Below are positions 1 to 11,890 of a DNA stretch of 27,366 nucleotides, piece after piece; the stretch's first letter is position 1, and each line of letters opens with the position of its first letter. Below the pieces are notes generated by a model. It did not search any database. It saw only the letters and a list, made by a program, of their open reading frames with translations, and had not been told where the DNA came from. The position numbers and the translations under genes are program-made. This DNA comes from Kondoa subrosea (Eukaryota), in contig BCIN01000001.1 in assembly GCA_039545335.1 (NCBI GenBank), positions 3,909,136 to 3,936,501 on the forward strand. Direction: 5' to 3'.

Positions 1-257
1 CATTCGAACCAAGAAAAAGCACCTTCATATCTCTCCCAACAAAAAAGTACATATATGCATTCTTCGTTTTCGGAAATTGGACATCATGCTTTGCATTCTC
101 TTTAGACTAGAGTAGAATTTTTAGACTTAAAACTTAGACATCATCGTAACGAACATCGTGCTTGTACATAGTTTTCATAGAATTCCTTTACATGCATTTC
201 GACTTTAGAGAGTTAAATAGAACACAGTACATAACACAAACAGATACGATCAGAGTA

Positions 258-1403
258 TTACCAAATACTTCCCGGCAATCGCGGATCTTCCTCATCTTCC
301 GTCCAAATCGAATCCGGGCTGTAAGTGAGATCTGGCACCTGGTTGCGACCTGGAACTGGAGCTTCTCCGAGGTGTTGTTGGCGTAAATGTCGGAGTCTAG
401 AATCTTCTTGCTGCTGTTGAGGACGAGTTTGCTGATGCTTCTGAACATGAGCAGGATGATTTGGTTCAGAATGCTGAGTTGGACGAGGAGATGGATGATG
501 GGCTTGATGAAGGGGCTGAAGTGCCGCAATCTGAGCTGCGCGAACGATGTGAATAGTTGCTTCGTAGTATTCCTTTGTGTAGTTATAAGCTCGACAGAGA
601 GGGTACTTAAGCTGCCGGCTTACTAAGAGATGTCCGTTCTGGGTTTGTAGCTCAGCGCAAGCAACTTTGAGGTGAGCGTTCTCCGCTTGCAATTTCTTGA
701 GTTGCTGTTCTGGCTGTATGAAAATCATTAAACGAGTTTATCAAATCATCGGCAGATCTACCAGCTTCTCGTGCTCTGCCTTTGCTTTTGATTGACCGTC
801 TTTAGCTTGTTGCATCTGTTGCTGAGCGACTGAATAATTGCTGAGCCAGGATCGTTCCTTTGGTAAATAGATTACTTACAATGCTGCATCATCGCGTAAG
901 CTTGTTGGCGCTGCATCTCTTCTCTAGGATCGCCTTGAGTTTGATGCTGCTGCTGCTGCTGGGGCTTTTGCTGCTGGGACTTCCTGCCTGTTGTCCAAGG
1001 AGTTTCTTGACCTCTCTACATTGACTGTCAGATGTAGCGCTGTTCGGATACAGTCTTGACTCACCTGATATCGATCATTAAGATCATCTGTCGGAGAGAG
1101 CTTGAATAGCGGTCTCTCGGGCGGCGAGCGGGTAGGCAATGATTCCAGCAGATCTGCTAATTCTTCCTGCCTGCTCAAGATATGTGCGTGTCGAGCTGGT
1201 AAGCCTCCCATACGATTATAGTATTCTTCTTCGCTATCCGAAGACCTGCGTCTGGATGTTTCCTTTTGCGCCCGAGGTCTCTGAGGTTGACTTTGCCTAA
1301 CGGGATGGCGTGTCAGTGTTATGCAAGACAGAGTGCATTAAACACACCATTTAGTACTGGCCATTGATCTGTCCAGTGAAGTCAGCAAAGATCCGAAGCC
1401 CAT
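258..1403 (-). CDS. Hypothetical Gln-rich, coiled-coil protein (multi-exon; 5' end uncertain)
   Basis: GT-AG introns with branch points join the ORF-track pieces in frame: ...NRMGGLPARHAHILSRQEELADLLES...RYQ|RGQETPWTTGRKSQQQKPQQQQQHQ...|...KAEHEKL|PEQQLKKLQAENAHLKVACAELQTQNGHLL|EYYEATI...PRLPGSIW*. Stop at 258. The start at 1403 (MGFGSLL) needs a weak donor. No family recognised. Confidence 0.55.
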
Positions 1404-1663
1404 GATGAAGGTGAGATTGAGTTGCTAAAAACAGAGATCTAGTTCCAAGCAAGCGGGAATGATCAGAAGAGCCACACAAGATAGCGAGATGGCAGAAACG
1501 GAAAAAGAGAGAGACGAGCGATATCTCTTTTGACACAAAAGGGTCTTTCGAGTACAGCTTCTGAGAATTAGTAAGAAGACCACTAATTACGACCTATAAC
1601 GTGACCAGCAACCTGACCAGGACAATGCATTATATTTATGGAGGGTATACCAGTTGTAGACAG

Positions 1664-4600
1664 CTATTGATCATCTCGTAAAAGTTGCATAAGTTCGTGA
1701 ACAAGCTCCTGTGCGATTATAGTAAGTATCAGTGTGTCGCCTACGATCGGCAACTGACGCTATAGAGCTTTCGATTCTCAGGTCCAGCATTGAAGTCGAT
1801 TGCTTGCGTTCCTTCGCGATTGACTCGAAGAATGAGGGAAAGTAGAATCCTTGCTTCGTCGAATGAAAAGGGACAGGGTTTGTGTTGAGCACATGCAAGT
1901 AATGCCTGTACGAATGATCAGCCAGGAACCAAGATATATTAGGCTTCCGAAAGCTCACCTGCGGATCAGAAAGTTCAAGCAATTCGTAGTACCTTCTGCT
2001 CCTGTCCAAGTCTACGTATAGGGCTTGGCCACCGTCACTGAGGTTCTTCAAATTCTGTTGCAGAGCCATGATGTCGAGACCGATGCGCTTAGCTCCTTGC
2101 GCATTTGCCGAGCGTATTCGTTTGGCATTGGTTATCAATAATTGATCTATCAACGTTGGCAAACCGACTAGGACAAGGCTGCAGAAAGATTTGAGTCGGT
2201 TCAGAGCAAATGCAAGGAACATACTGTCTATCTTTAGCGGAAATTGTGTTTGTCAGACCGGCGTCACACATAGCCAAATGATTATTCAAATCGGTGACGA
2301 AACGATCGGGGTTCTGCTGGCCTTCATCTTCATCCAGCTCATATATGCGCTATGGGAAAGTCGATAAGGATTTCAGAGTGCGCTCGTGTTTGGCAAAACA
2401 ATTCTCGCACGTTTTTGGTCATTTGATCCAGATAGAATAGACAATGCAATCTTAGATCGACGCGAATAGTGAGGAGAGCAGTCTTGGATAACTGCTGTAT
2501 GGACGCGACCAAAGTTTCGAATTGACTGATATTATCATCTTTTAGGAATGGCATAAGGGCAAATCAAGGGCCTACTTTGCCATTTCTGCCGTCAGAGGGA
2601 GTACGATCGTATCATCAGTGCCATCCAAATACTTGTTGAGCTGGTTATCGGATGAACTGCTTGGCAATAGAGCGACTGATTGCTTCGTATTGTCGCGCAA
2701 GGATGCTATCCGCGACGCGAACCAAGACTGTACGAAGTCTTAGCCAAATATGCGGTCTAGAACTGGACTCCTCACTAGACCTGCAGCCAGTTGGCCGAGT
2801 CCAACATGCTTCTTTGTGTCCAAAAGCTGATCTTCGGTAATAACGGGTTCTTTCGCCTTCCTGCTTAGCGTGTTGCGTAGCTCGTGATACAAGATCTCGC
2901 TAGATGAAGCAGGATCGTCGGTAGGCTAACTACTGTTTGAGCTGCTGTTCCGACGCAGCTGCGTAGACTTGACTGACCGTTTCTGTGTGCATCTTTGCCC
3001 AACAATCCAGCATGATCGGATCTCTTGCCCAGGCCGCTGAGATTTTCTCGACTGATACGGACGTATTCGGTTCCTCTTGCGTTTCACTATTGACTTCTGG
3101 CTCTCTGGTCACCAGCTCTGTGCTAGAGATCAGATCGAAGCGCATCATTCGGAAAAGTAGCACTAGCCCTTATACCGCTCAGTACACCGAGAGTAGAAGT
3201 GAGCAATAACGCTGATAATGAGCTTGCTGTAGCTTTCGCGGTGAAAAGGCGAATTGCGCAGCATGTTGTATAGACTGTCGATGAGTACCAGGACACTAGT
3301 TGCTCCCTGCGTTGAATGGGTCAGAAGCGCCGTACATTTGTTAACACATATTCCACTCACCCTGAAGAGAGGAATGGGTGAGAAGCGCCGATATGACATG
3401 TCTTCTTGAAAAGAATCCGATGCAGACATAGCTTGTAGGAAGAGCGATGTGACCTTCTCATCCAGCTGAGGCAGGTAAGTATTGAGGACGAAATCTTCAA
3501 GAAGAGATCCAAAGCCTCGTTCTTCATCTGCACCAAGTCCAATGCGAGGCAAAACCTCTTTCATTCGATCTAGGAACGCTAGAGTTGGCGCAAACATGAT
3601 GCTGACATTGAAAGCATCTGGCGTAACGAGAAGAGAATGAGCTCCTCTTGTCTGTTCCCCAACTCCAATCGCTCTATCGTCGGTATTCGTAGTGCTGACC
3701 ACTGTGCTGATCGCTTCCGAGGCTGAGTTGACTAGTCCTGGTACGGAATTCTTGAGGGATTTGATCAGTTCCTCCTCATGATGCTTTAACACTCGTGAGG
3801 CTGCTTTGTTGTCCGATTCAACGAAGCGAAAGACAGTCTATGTGATATCAGCTATACGATATGTTGCAGAGCTCGGGAGACTCGCCTTGCTGTGATCACG
3901 CGACCTGCCTGTCCGCAATACGTCATTGATCGAAGCGACCATGCTGCGTGCGGATACAGTGCCTTCCGATTCTTCTGTGAGGTAAGCATGCAGAAGAGCC
4001 CGAACTTCGCTCTGGATCGGTTTCCATACTTCAACCAAAGAGAAGAGTAGATTCCCTTGATCAGTTTGACCATTGCTTTGCCTTGATGTGTCTCGGAAGC
4101 CTCGACGCTATGATCTGATTAGACATGGTCACGCGATAAGACGAGAACGCTTACTTCGCTGATGCGCATGGATACTTCATACGAAACTCGGAAACCCTGT
4201 AGAACGGCATCTAGCTTCGAATAAAGGGTCCAGAAGAGATCACGAAGCGTCTCTGCGCTAGCTAAGTGACCATGCTGTTGTTGTGTGTTCGGGTGAGCAC
4301 CAAGGGCAGCTTGATTGGAAGAGGAAGACGGAGCAAGAGATAATATGGATAGTATAGAGGTAGGTCGGAGAACACTACTGCCTGTCCTTGACGTACTGTT
4401 CGAAGTTGCAGAGCTGCCGTACATGGAGTTTTTGAGTGTTTCGTGCCGTTCAGAAACCTCTTCTATTGTCTCTTCTACTAGAATATAGATTTCTTGAGGA
4501 AGTCGCTGGACTATCGCATCAACAGCGTAAGTGAGCTTTCCCAGACAGGCTAAAGACTCAATCAGGGATTCCATATAGGTGAAGGAATTCGCTTCGGGAT

Positions 4601-6442
4601 TTGGGCGAGAGGTGGAGGGAGATGGAGCTGAGAGATCGTCTAGACTATGCGGAAGAAGAGGAGAAGCAGGCGGCCTGGATGTATCTATCGTTGGGGAAGA
4701 AGGTTCTGCAGCAGAAGTTGTAATAGGCTCCGAGCTGTGAGGCTCAGAAAGAAGAGGGTCTGTTGAGCTGCGCATTGAGAGGTTGTGTAGATAGCGACCA
4801 AGTATAGATGAATTAGCAGACTTTGGACCAGTCGGTGCACCCAATGCTGGAGATTGAGTATAATCGATATCTTCCACTTTGTTTAAGGATTCGATCACCG
4901 GTACTAGCAGACTCATACTTAGTAAGGTAAAGATCAGAAATATTCTGCAACTCACAAGCATCTTGGCCCCGAGAATAGGCTTTCCACCTGTTCTCGCAAT
5001 AGAACGACTTGAGGTAAAGATGATTGTGCAATTCCTCTATCAGTATGTCCAATAGGGACTGCAATCAATGTCAGTCATCAACACAAACAAGGTGGAGACT
5101 CTTCGCTAACTGTTTCTTGTGTCTGCAGATAACTCCTCAAATCCGTCACTGCGCCAATCTCAAGCATTTCCGATCTATTGATAGTCTTCAAACTTCTGAC
5201 CAGAAGCACCACAGCCGATAAGAAGCGTTTCTCAGACATGAGCGATTCCAATTGATCTGGAACATCTTTCAGTCGATCCACGGTATCCAATATTCGCTGC
5301 ATTTCAGCCAATTCGTTCTTTCTTGCAGCAATAACGCCTAGTTCACTTCTTCTTGTTCCTAATACTCCTTGAACTTCCGCTAACCTCGATCGAAGAGTAG
5401 CGACTGATTTTGATGCCGAACCCAAATTAGCTAAAGTAGAATTATAGGCTGAAACGGAAGCGTCGAAAGCCCGATAGTGGGATTGAATGTGCGCTTTCAA
5501 AGCTCGAGCCAAATCTTTTTCCAGGCGAACAAAACTTTCCAAACGGCCAGCGGATTGATCTATACTTGCTGGATCCAACATTGACAATGCCAATGAAACA
5601 GCATCGAAATCATTAGTCGTACCACCATTCTCTTGATCAGGTATCAGTTCAGGCCATTCAGTAGCTATCCTTTCCAAAACTTTCTCAATCTCTTTGAAAG
5701 CAGGGGTAGAGGGATATTTCTTGTTTAGCGATTTGATACGTGAAGATTCGCCTTGAGCAGATTCACCACCTCTTCTAGCTCTTGATTGAGGTGGTGGCTC
5801 AGGTTTCTTATGACTTCGTTTGCCAGCATCAGAGAAAGCGGCAAGAACGGAATTGAGTGCTTTTGGAGGTTCTGGTTGAATTGGAACAGGTGGAACAGGA
5901 GGTCTTCCATAATAATCATCGCTTTGTCTAGCATAAAGATCCGAATTACGTATAGTAGAACCACCGCTTGAGCGATGATTGGATTGTAAGTCTTCAGATT
6001 GTAAGGTCTTGCGAAATACCTCTCGATCGTCATCTGAGGGTACTGTAGACGCTATTGAGATGCTTGAAGAAGGTCTAGCTAGATTCTGCTGGAGCCTAGC
6101 GCTTGGTGTTTGAGTTGGTCTAGGTGGTTTGGGCTGAGAAGTAAATTCGCCGTCATTGGCACCTATTGTAGGCGAATAAGGTCTTCGTTGCGATTTCGAA
6201 GGCCGAACTGGTTGCTCTGATTGAGGTAATGGACCGTCTCTAGATGATCTTGCATAATCTTGCCTGCCCGAGCTTGCAATTGGGAACCCATCATGCGAGA
6301 ATTGCTGCTGCGGTCTAGGTGCTGATCTGTTGCTCGGCCGTAGCTTCAGAGGAGCTGTAGACTGTGGAAGCTGCTGTTGTTGCGGAGGTGCATTGTAATT
6401 GTTGGAGCCGCCCAAAGAATACGACTCGAAGCCATTGTTCAT
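1664..6442 (-). CDS. SEC8: Exocyst complex component Sec8 (about 13 introns, long low-complexity N-terminus)
   Basis: Sec8-type segments: FDAVSLALSMLD...YRAFDASVSAYN...DRLKDVPDQLESLMSEKRFLSAVVLLVRSLKTIN, ILIEELHNHLYLKSFYCENRW, PEANSFTYMESLIESLACLGKL, VWKPIQSEVRALLHAYL, DIMALQQNLKNL. Exons splice in frame to ...ELVHELMQLLRDDQ* at 1664. ATG (MNNGFES) at 6442. Confidence 0.93.
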
Positions 6443-6568
6443 GTTTGGTATAAGGATGCTCCTGTGCTTCGCATGGGTATGCTCCACAGCCTCTCCCTCT
6501 TTCTTTTTGATCTCTCGCTTTGTTTTGGTATATAGCACGGTTTGACGTTGACCTGCAACCGTCTCCCA
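6443..6568. promoter_or_regulatory. Short bidirectional promoter region between SEC8 and NDUFAF7
   Basis: Only 126 nt separate the divergent ATGs. The gap has a CT-rich tract and a TATATA near 6528-6533. Confidence 0.55.
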
Positions 6569-8245
6569 ATGCTTTCTATGGTGCTGCAATCGCCTGCTCT
6601 TCGGCTAGGCTGTCGAGCTCTCAGTACTTCTCCGAGCCCTCTTGTCTCTTCTGGTCCATCTCTCGCTTCAAATGAGCTGCTGCACTTGATCTTGCAGCAA
6701 ATAAGGGTGACTCTTTACTTTGCGATTTCTCGTTGGTCTTTTCTTACGCGATGGTAAAAGGCTCATGGACCGATGTCTGTATCACGCTATATGGCCTATT
6801 GCCTCAGTCATCCCACTTTGGGATATTATGCTCGTATGCGAGATCAAGCAACTTCCACTGTGTTAGGCAAACAAGGCGATTTCATTACTAGTCCAGAGAT
6901 TTCACAAGTTCTTGGTGAAGTGCGTTCTCTTCTTTGTGATCGGTGATGATTTCCATTGACAAGGATCAAGTTGATAGCTATTTGGTTTATCGCTCAATGG
7001 CAAGCTCAAGGCAGTCCGAAGAAGTGTCGGATAGTTGAATTAGGTCCTGGCAAAGGTACTCTGATGAGTGATGTGATGAGGGTGAATTCTAGTTTGCGTT
7101 TATCATTCATTCCGCTTTAAGCTGATTTACTTCATCAGACATTCCGTCAAATCAAGCCTTTCGGCGATACTCTGCAATCAATACATCTAGTAGAGACATC
7201 CCAATACTTTAGATCGGAGCAGAAGCAGATATTAGAGAAACAGCTACAAGGCACTAATACGCATCTTGAATGGCATAATACAGTGCAAGAAGTGCCATCA
7301 CAGAGTAGGCATGCGGCTGTTAAATTGGCTGTCAGCTTATCAATTTTGCATAACTACAGGCGAAGATCAGTTTACTGCTGTGATAGCCCACGAATTCTTC
7401 GATGCTTTGCCGATATACATCTTTGAGGTACATACCTTCGCCTCAAAGTATGGAATGAGCTGAATTAGGAAGCAGCGCAAACCTGAGGGTTGGCGAGAAG
7501 TAGCTATTGACGAAGCAAAGAGCGAAATCATTGTTTCCGGGAGGTATGCCAACTCTCTATCAGAAGTATCCCACTGATCACCCAGGCTATGTATAGACCT
7601 CGAGCAAGACTTCGCTACGTCGTCTCACCATCTCCTAATATTCCTTCGCAACTTTATACGAAATCACCTCGATTCGAAGCTTTCTCAACCGGTACAAGGA
7701 TCGAAGTTTGCCCTGAAGCGTTTCAAGTAGCTGGTCAAATGAGTCGCTTAATAGCCAAAGGCGGTGCGGGCCTGATTATCGATTATGGCGATGCGAGAAC
7801 CTTTGGCAGTTCTCTCAGGGTGCGGTCAACACTCCCTGTGCTTAATGAAAGCTTAGGAGGTGCCGATCGTACAGGGTTTCCGTGGACATCAGATAGTGGA
7901 TGCACTCAGCGAACCCGGGCAAACGGATTTGACTGCTAATGTGGATTTCGATTTTCTTTCAGAAGCGCTCAACAGCGAAGGTATGGTATTATTACAGCAT
8001 TACAATGTATATCGCTGACATAATGAGCAGGACAAGCTTCACAGTTGCTAAGTCAGCGCGATTTCCTGCAGAAGATGGGTCTGGAAGTTCGAGTTGAGAA
8101 CCTTCTAAAGACTGCTTCCGGCGCTAGACAGAGCCAGATCACGAGCTCAACAGAAAGACTTATCGATTTGACTGGGATGGGTCAACAATACAAAGTCATG
8201 GCAGTAACGCCTAAGGATTTGCAAAGTACACCTTATCCATTCTAA
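6569..8245 (+). CDS. NDUFAF7: Mitochondrial protein arginine methyltransferase NDUFAF7/MidA (complex I assembly factor family), 8 introns
   Basis: Presequence-like N-terminus (MLSMVLQSPALRLGCRALSTS). Family motifs: GPMSVSRYMAYCLSHPTLGYY, GDFITSPEISQVLGE, IVELGPGKGTLMSD, IHLVETS, IAHEFFDALP, LIIDYG, PGQTDLTANVDF, MGQQYKVMA. Ends PYPF*. Confidence 0.93.
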
Positions 8246-8269
8246 TGTAATAAGGCGATTACTGGCCAT

Positions 8270-10491
8270 CTACATATAGCCAGCTCCTGATCTCTGTTTG
8301 ACCCTCTTGATCTTGCGATGTTTCTTGTCACCCAACTCTCCTGTCAAAGCAGATTGTGGTACTGGTTTCCCATCCGGTCCGACCATTCTTTGATGAGGGA
8401 ATTTCTGTACTCTAGGTCCACTGGCACCGAATGCGGATCCTTTAAAATTCACTCCTGATCCAGATCCATTGGCAAAGAATTTCGAATCCACTGCTGCTGA
8501 TCTGACTGATTGAGTGATGACATTCTCTTGTTCTTTAGGCGTGGAGATGAAAGTATCAGCTTTCTTTCCTACTCGAGTGATGGGTGCTTTCTTGAGTCGA
8601 ACTTTATCTAGCACTCGAAGTCGTTCGAGATCCCTTAATTCTGCATTGAAATCATCTGAGTTGATGCCTGGTGGTGGTGTGCAGTAAAGAAGTTTGCCAT
8701 TGACGTAATCTTTGAGAATGGGTCGAGCTGCTCTTGATTCATCGGGATTGCCTTGACCAGCAGTAAAGAAACCTCGTGCAACTGTTCGTATCATTCATCT
8801 CCGTACATCACACTGTGATAGTAGAGATGAAGGACGAACCTGAGTAGGTAGATAACAGTTCTCTTGCAGTAGGTACACCAGTTCCACCTTCTTCCAGCGG
8901 TAAAGTATGTATAGTCAAACCGTACGTTACTTCCAACACTTCTTTCGGTATCCTTGAACACAGTAGATCCACCGGTGCAGTGAATTCCCTCATTTGATCA
9001 ATTGGTAATACACCATTACAAACGAGTTCCGCTTTTGTTGTAGCGAATTGTGGGAAGACCAGACCAGGACAATCGCAGAGAATAATGGAAGAGTCGGGTA
9101 GATGAATGGTTTGGAAGTTCTTGGTATGACCTGGTGTCGAGGAGACAGACACTTTCTTGCTACCTATTAAAGCATTGATGGTACTTGATTTACCGACATT
9201 AGGGTAACCGACTAGCCCAATAGTGAGCTTCGCTGGAGGTGGTAGAGATGGAGTAGCAAAGTCTGTAAGATTGGTGAGATGGAATCAACTCTAAGCCGAT
9301 CGCAACATGTCAATCTTACCATTTAGATCTGGTGCTTCTTGCATGAAAAGCTCTTCCAATTCTTCAACTGTCAATACTCGCGTAGGATCTTGTTCTTCAG
9401 CGTTATCAATGACTCTAAGTCTATCTGCCATATCTTCCGCTATTGAAGCTGATGATGAACCTGATGATGACGAAGCACCTTCTTTTTCTTCTTCTTCCTC
9501 TTCTGAGTCTGTCTCTTCTTCATCCGAATGAGGTTGCCATACTGCAGCTGGGGGAGCAAAACCAGAAGCAGCATCGGATTTAGCCATCTGTTCTTGCAGG
9601 ACTGTCGCATCCAAAGCTGAGAAGAAGGCGAAAGCAATGCCCTTCTCTGCAAAGTATTCAGCCCAGATTTGTCTGTCAATAACCAGGCCCTTCAAATCAG
9701 CTCAAGACTGAGTTGCAGAGTCGCAGTACCGACCTTTGCTTCTTGGTCAGTAGATCTGCTTTATTCACAAGTAGCAGATTCTTCCTCTTTCCAGGAGATT
9801 TGATAGGTTCATCGCCTTCTTCTGCCATTTCACCTTCAATATCCCTCACATATTCCTCCAGATCTTCACAACGGAAACCAAGTGGATTTCTAGCATCAAC
9901 AATCTGTACTACCAATTGAGATCTTTCAATTGTTCGCCAGAGTTGTCTCCAGACTGCTAAATTACGCTCGAAAGGTGTAAGAAGAAAGTTTTCTTGATCC
10001 GTAAGTCTATTATAACACATGTTTAGTTTTCTACAGTCTTATACAAGAATTGATGAATTTGAGACTGACTCTGCTAATGATCTTCTCCATTCCAAGAAAG
10101 CTTTCCTTTCATTCGTTTCCAATACTTCTTTATCCATAGATCGACTCCAACCCGGTCTTCTAGGTACTCTCAATTTCTTCGCATTCTCTCTATGTCTCGT
10201 CCTAACCGCTTTCTCTTCTGCAGCAGTTAACAAGTATGGATTACTGCTAGCCGTAGTACTCGGTCCAAGCATAGTAATGTTGGTGTTTCGTTCAGCAGTG
10301 AAATCCGTTTCTGCCAATTGTGCCGTGTTCAGAAACTCATCCAAATCATTCTCTTGAGTAATTGAATGTAAGCCTGAAGGTAAATTGGCAGAATGCAGTT
10401 CATCCTCATATTCTTTTTTTTGCTGCTTCACTCGACGATTGATTATAGCTCGACCTAATCCAGAGGCATTCTTGGCTGCTTTAGGGGGCAT
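8270..10491 (-). CDS. LSG1: Large subunit GTPase 1 (circularly permuted GTPase, 60S maturation), 4 introns
   Basis: GLGRAIIN...DLDEFLNTAQLAETDFTAER, TPFERNLAVWRQLWRTIERSQLVVQIVDARNP, G4 NKADLL, G1 GYPNVGKSS, G3 DCPGLVFP, PDESRAARPILKDYVNGKLLY. Confidence 0.95.
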
Positions 10492-10729
10492 CCTTTAGAA
10501 TCAGGTATAGCCGTTCAGCTCAGGGTATTTATAATGCAGACTTGGCCGCTCGAGACGAAAATACGATGATTTCATTTTTTCGCTTGCTTTCACTCGAACA
10601 GTGACTTGTCGCCTTGAAATTTGGATTCTCTTGCTATGTCTTCGGCCTTGCTGTGGAATTTGATCAATTGTCCTGGCTGGAGACTGTTTGGAATTTGCTG
10701 TCTTCGCGGGAAGAATACAGGTTCTGCTT

Positions 10730-11290
10730 CAATGTTCAACACGTCTCCTCGTGCAGGCCGCCTCTGGTCATTATTGCTCTACGCTCTATGGATATTAAAA
10801 CCACGTGATTGTGTCGTCCTTCTGTCTTGGGCTGTCGATTTGCTGGCTTGAAGGGGACGAACGCTTGAACTTGTCAAGGCTCAATTCTCCGTGTTATGGA
10901 AAAGGGAATACAGATTTCGAATCATCACAGGCAGGGTCTAATTGGAGCTTGCACCCAAAGTACAAGTTATCTTCAAGCAACTGTCCACCTGTGGTAATTC
11001 GAAATTGTTTCAAGGTTATGAGGCAGAGCAAATCAAGCGGCTCCAAAGATGGGTCGAGGAAGAAACAGGAGAGGAAAAGTTGAGGCTTTTATGGCTGCAA
11101 ATCTGTCAAGCAAAACATGAAATGCGACTGGTCAAATGGCTGAACAAGCGTTTCCAGCTGACCAATGTACGATAGTCGCGACGAAGCTACTCGTCTTGGC
11201 TACAGACAATCATGAATAGGTATTCAGCAAGTGCACAGATCTGAAACTTGCGCGTATTTACATCCTGATTACGCGATAGATTCGATGCCA
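10730..11290 (+). repeat. Diverged direct repeat copy C (partner C' at ~14750-15295)
   Basis: 10931-10993 vs 14941-15003 match 54/63 ungapped. Collinear flanking anchors: GAACGCTTGA, AAGGCTC, CAAGCAAAACA, AAATGGCTGA, CTGACCA. Outer boundaries are approximate. Confidence 0.75.
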
Positions 11291-11890
11291 TCAGGATGCT
11301 CTCTTTTGTTTTCTCTGTCAAGATCACGGTTCCTCTATGAAAGACACTCTCCTACCTTGGTACCCCCGAACGTCTCGACAGCTAATATTCTCTCTGTTGA
11401 AATCGCCTTTGCCTGGGAGCATCTGGGTACATTCTTTCCGCTCGTTTCGCCTGCTGCAACATCGTATCTTCATTCTCTCGCCTGTAGTGTTTTCTATCCA
11501 ACTCTATCGTACTGAAACACTGAATTGTATCAGACATGTGAAAAGGTCAGGCTCTGAACGACAGAGGCTTGACCAGAATTCTTGTGCAGAATAATAGCTA
11601 AAGCAGGGCCGCTGATGTGTTTGCTGACATCTCGAGCTTATCGGACACACGAAAATATGCTACACAGAATGACGATTCTTTCCAAAATTCGAATTCTTGC
11701 TCTGTGACAGCGACAGCCCTTCGTTCAGATACCAGACTAGTACAGTTCAACACGAGAGACTCGTCTAGAGCTTGATACCCTTGTTCACGAAGCTCGACAG
11801 CTGCTTGAGCACCATCTTCTCGCAAACGTCTGCGCATAGCGCCTAATAGTCTCTTCGCCAGCTCCGTCTCGCCTAATTCACCCAGCAAAG

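Noticed and set aside
946..961. Short (GCT)n tract
   Set aside because: Encodes a poly-Gln run in the first gene; ordinary.
6443..6589. N-terminal extension of Sec8 in the ORF track
   Set aside because: Uses a non-ATG start and overlaps the NDUFAF7 start; the first ATG at 6442 is preferred.
9199..9207. TTAGGGTAA as a telomere-like or telomerase-template sequence
   Set aside because: Single copy that simply encodes the YPN of the Lsg1 P-loop on the minus strand.
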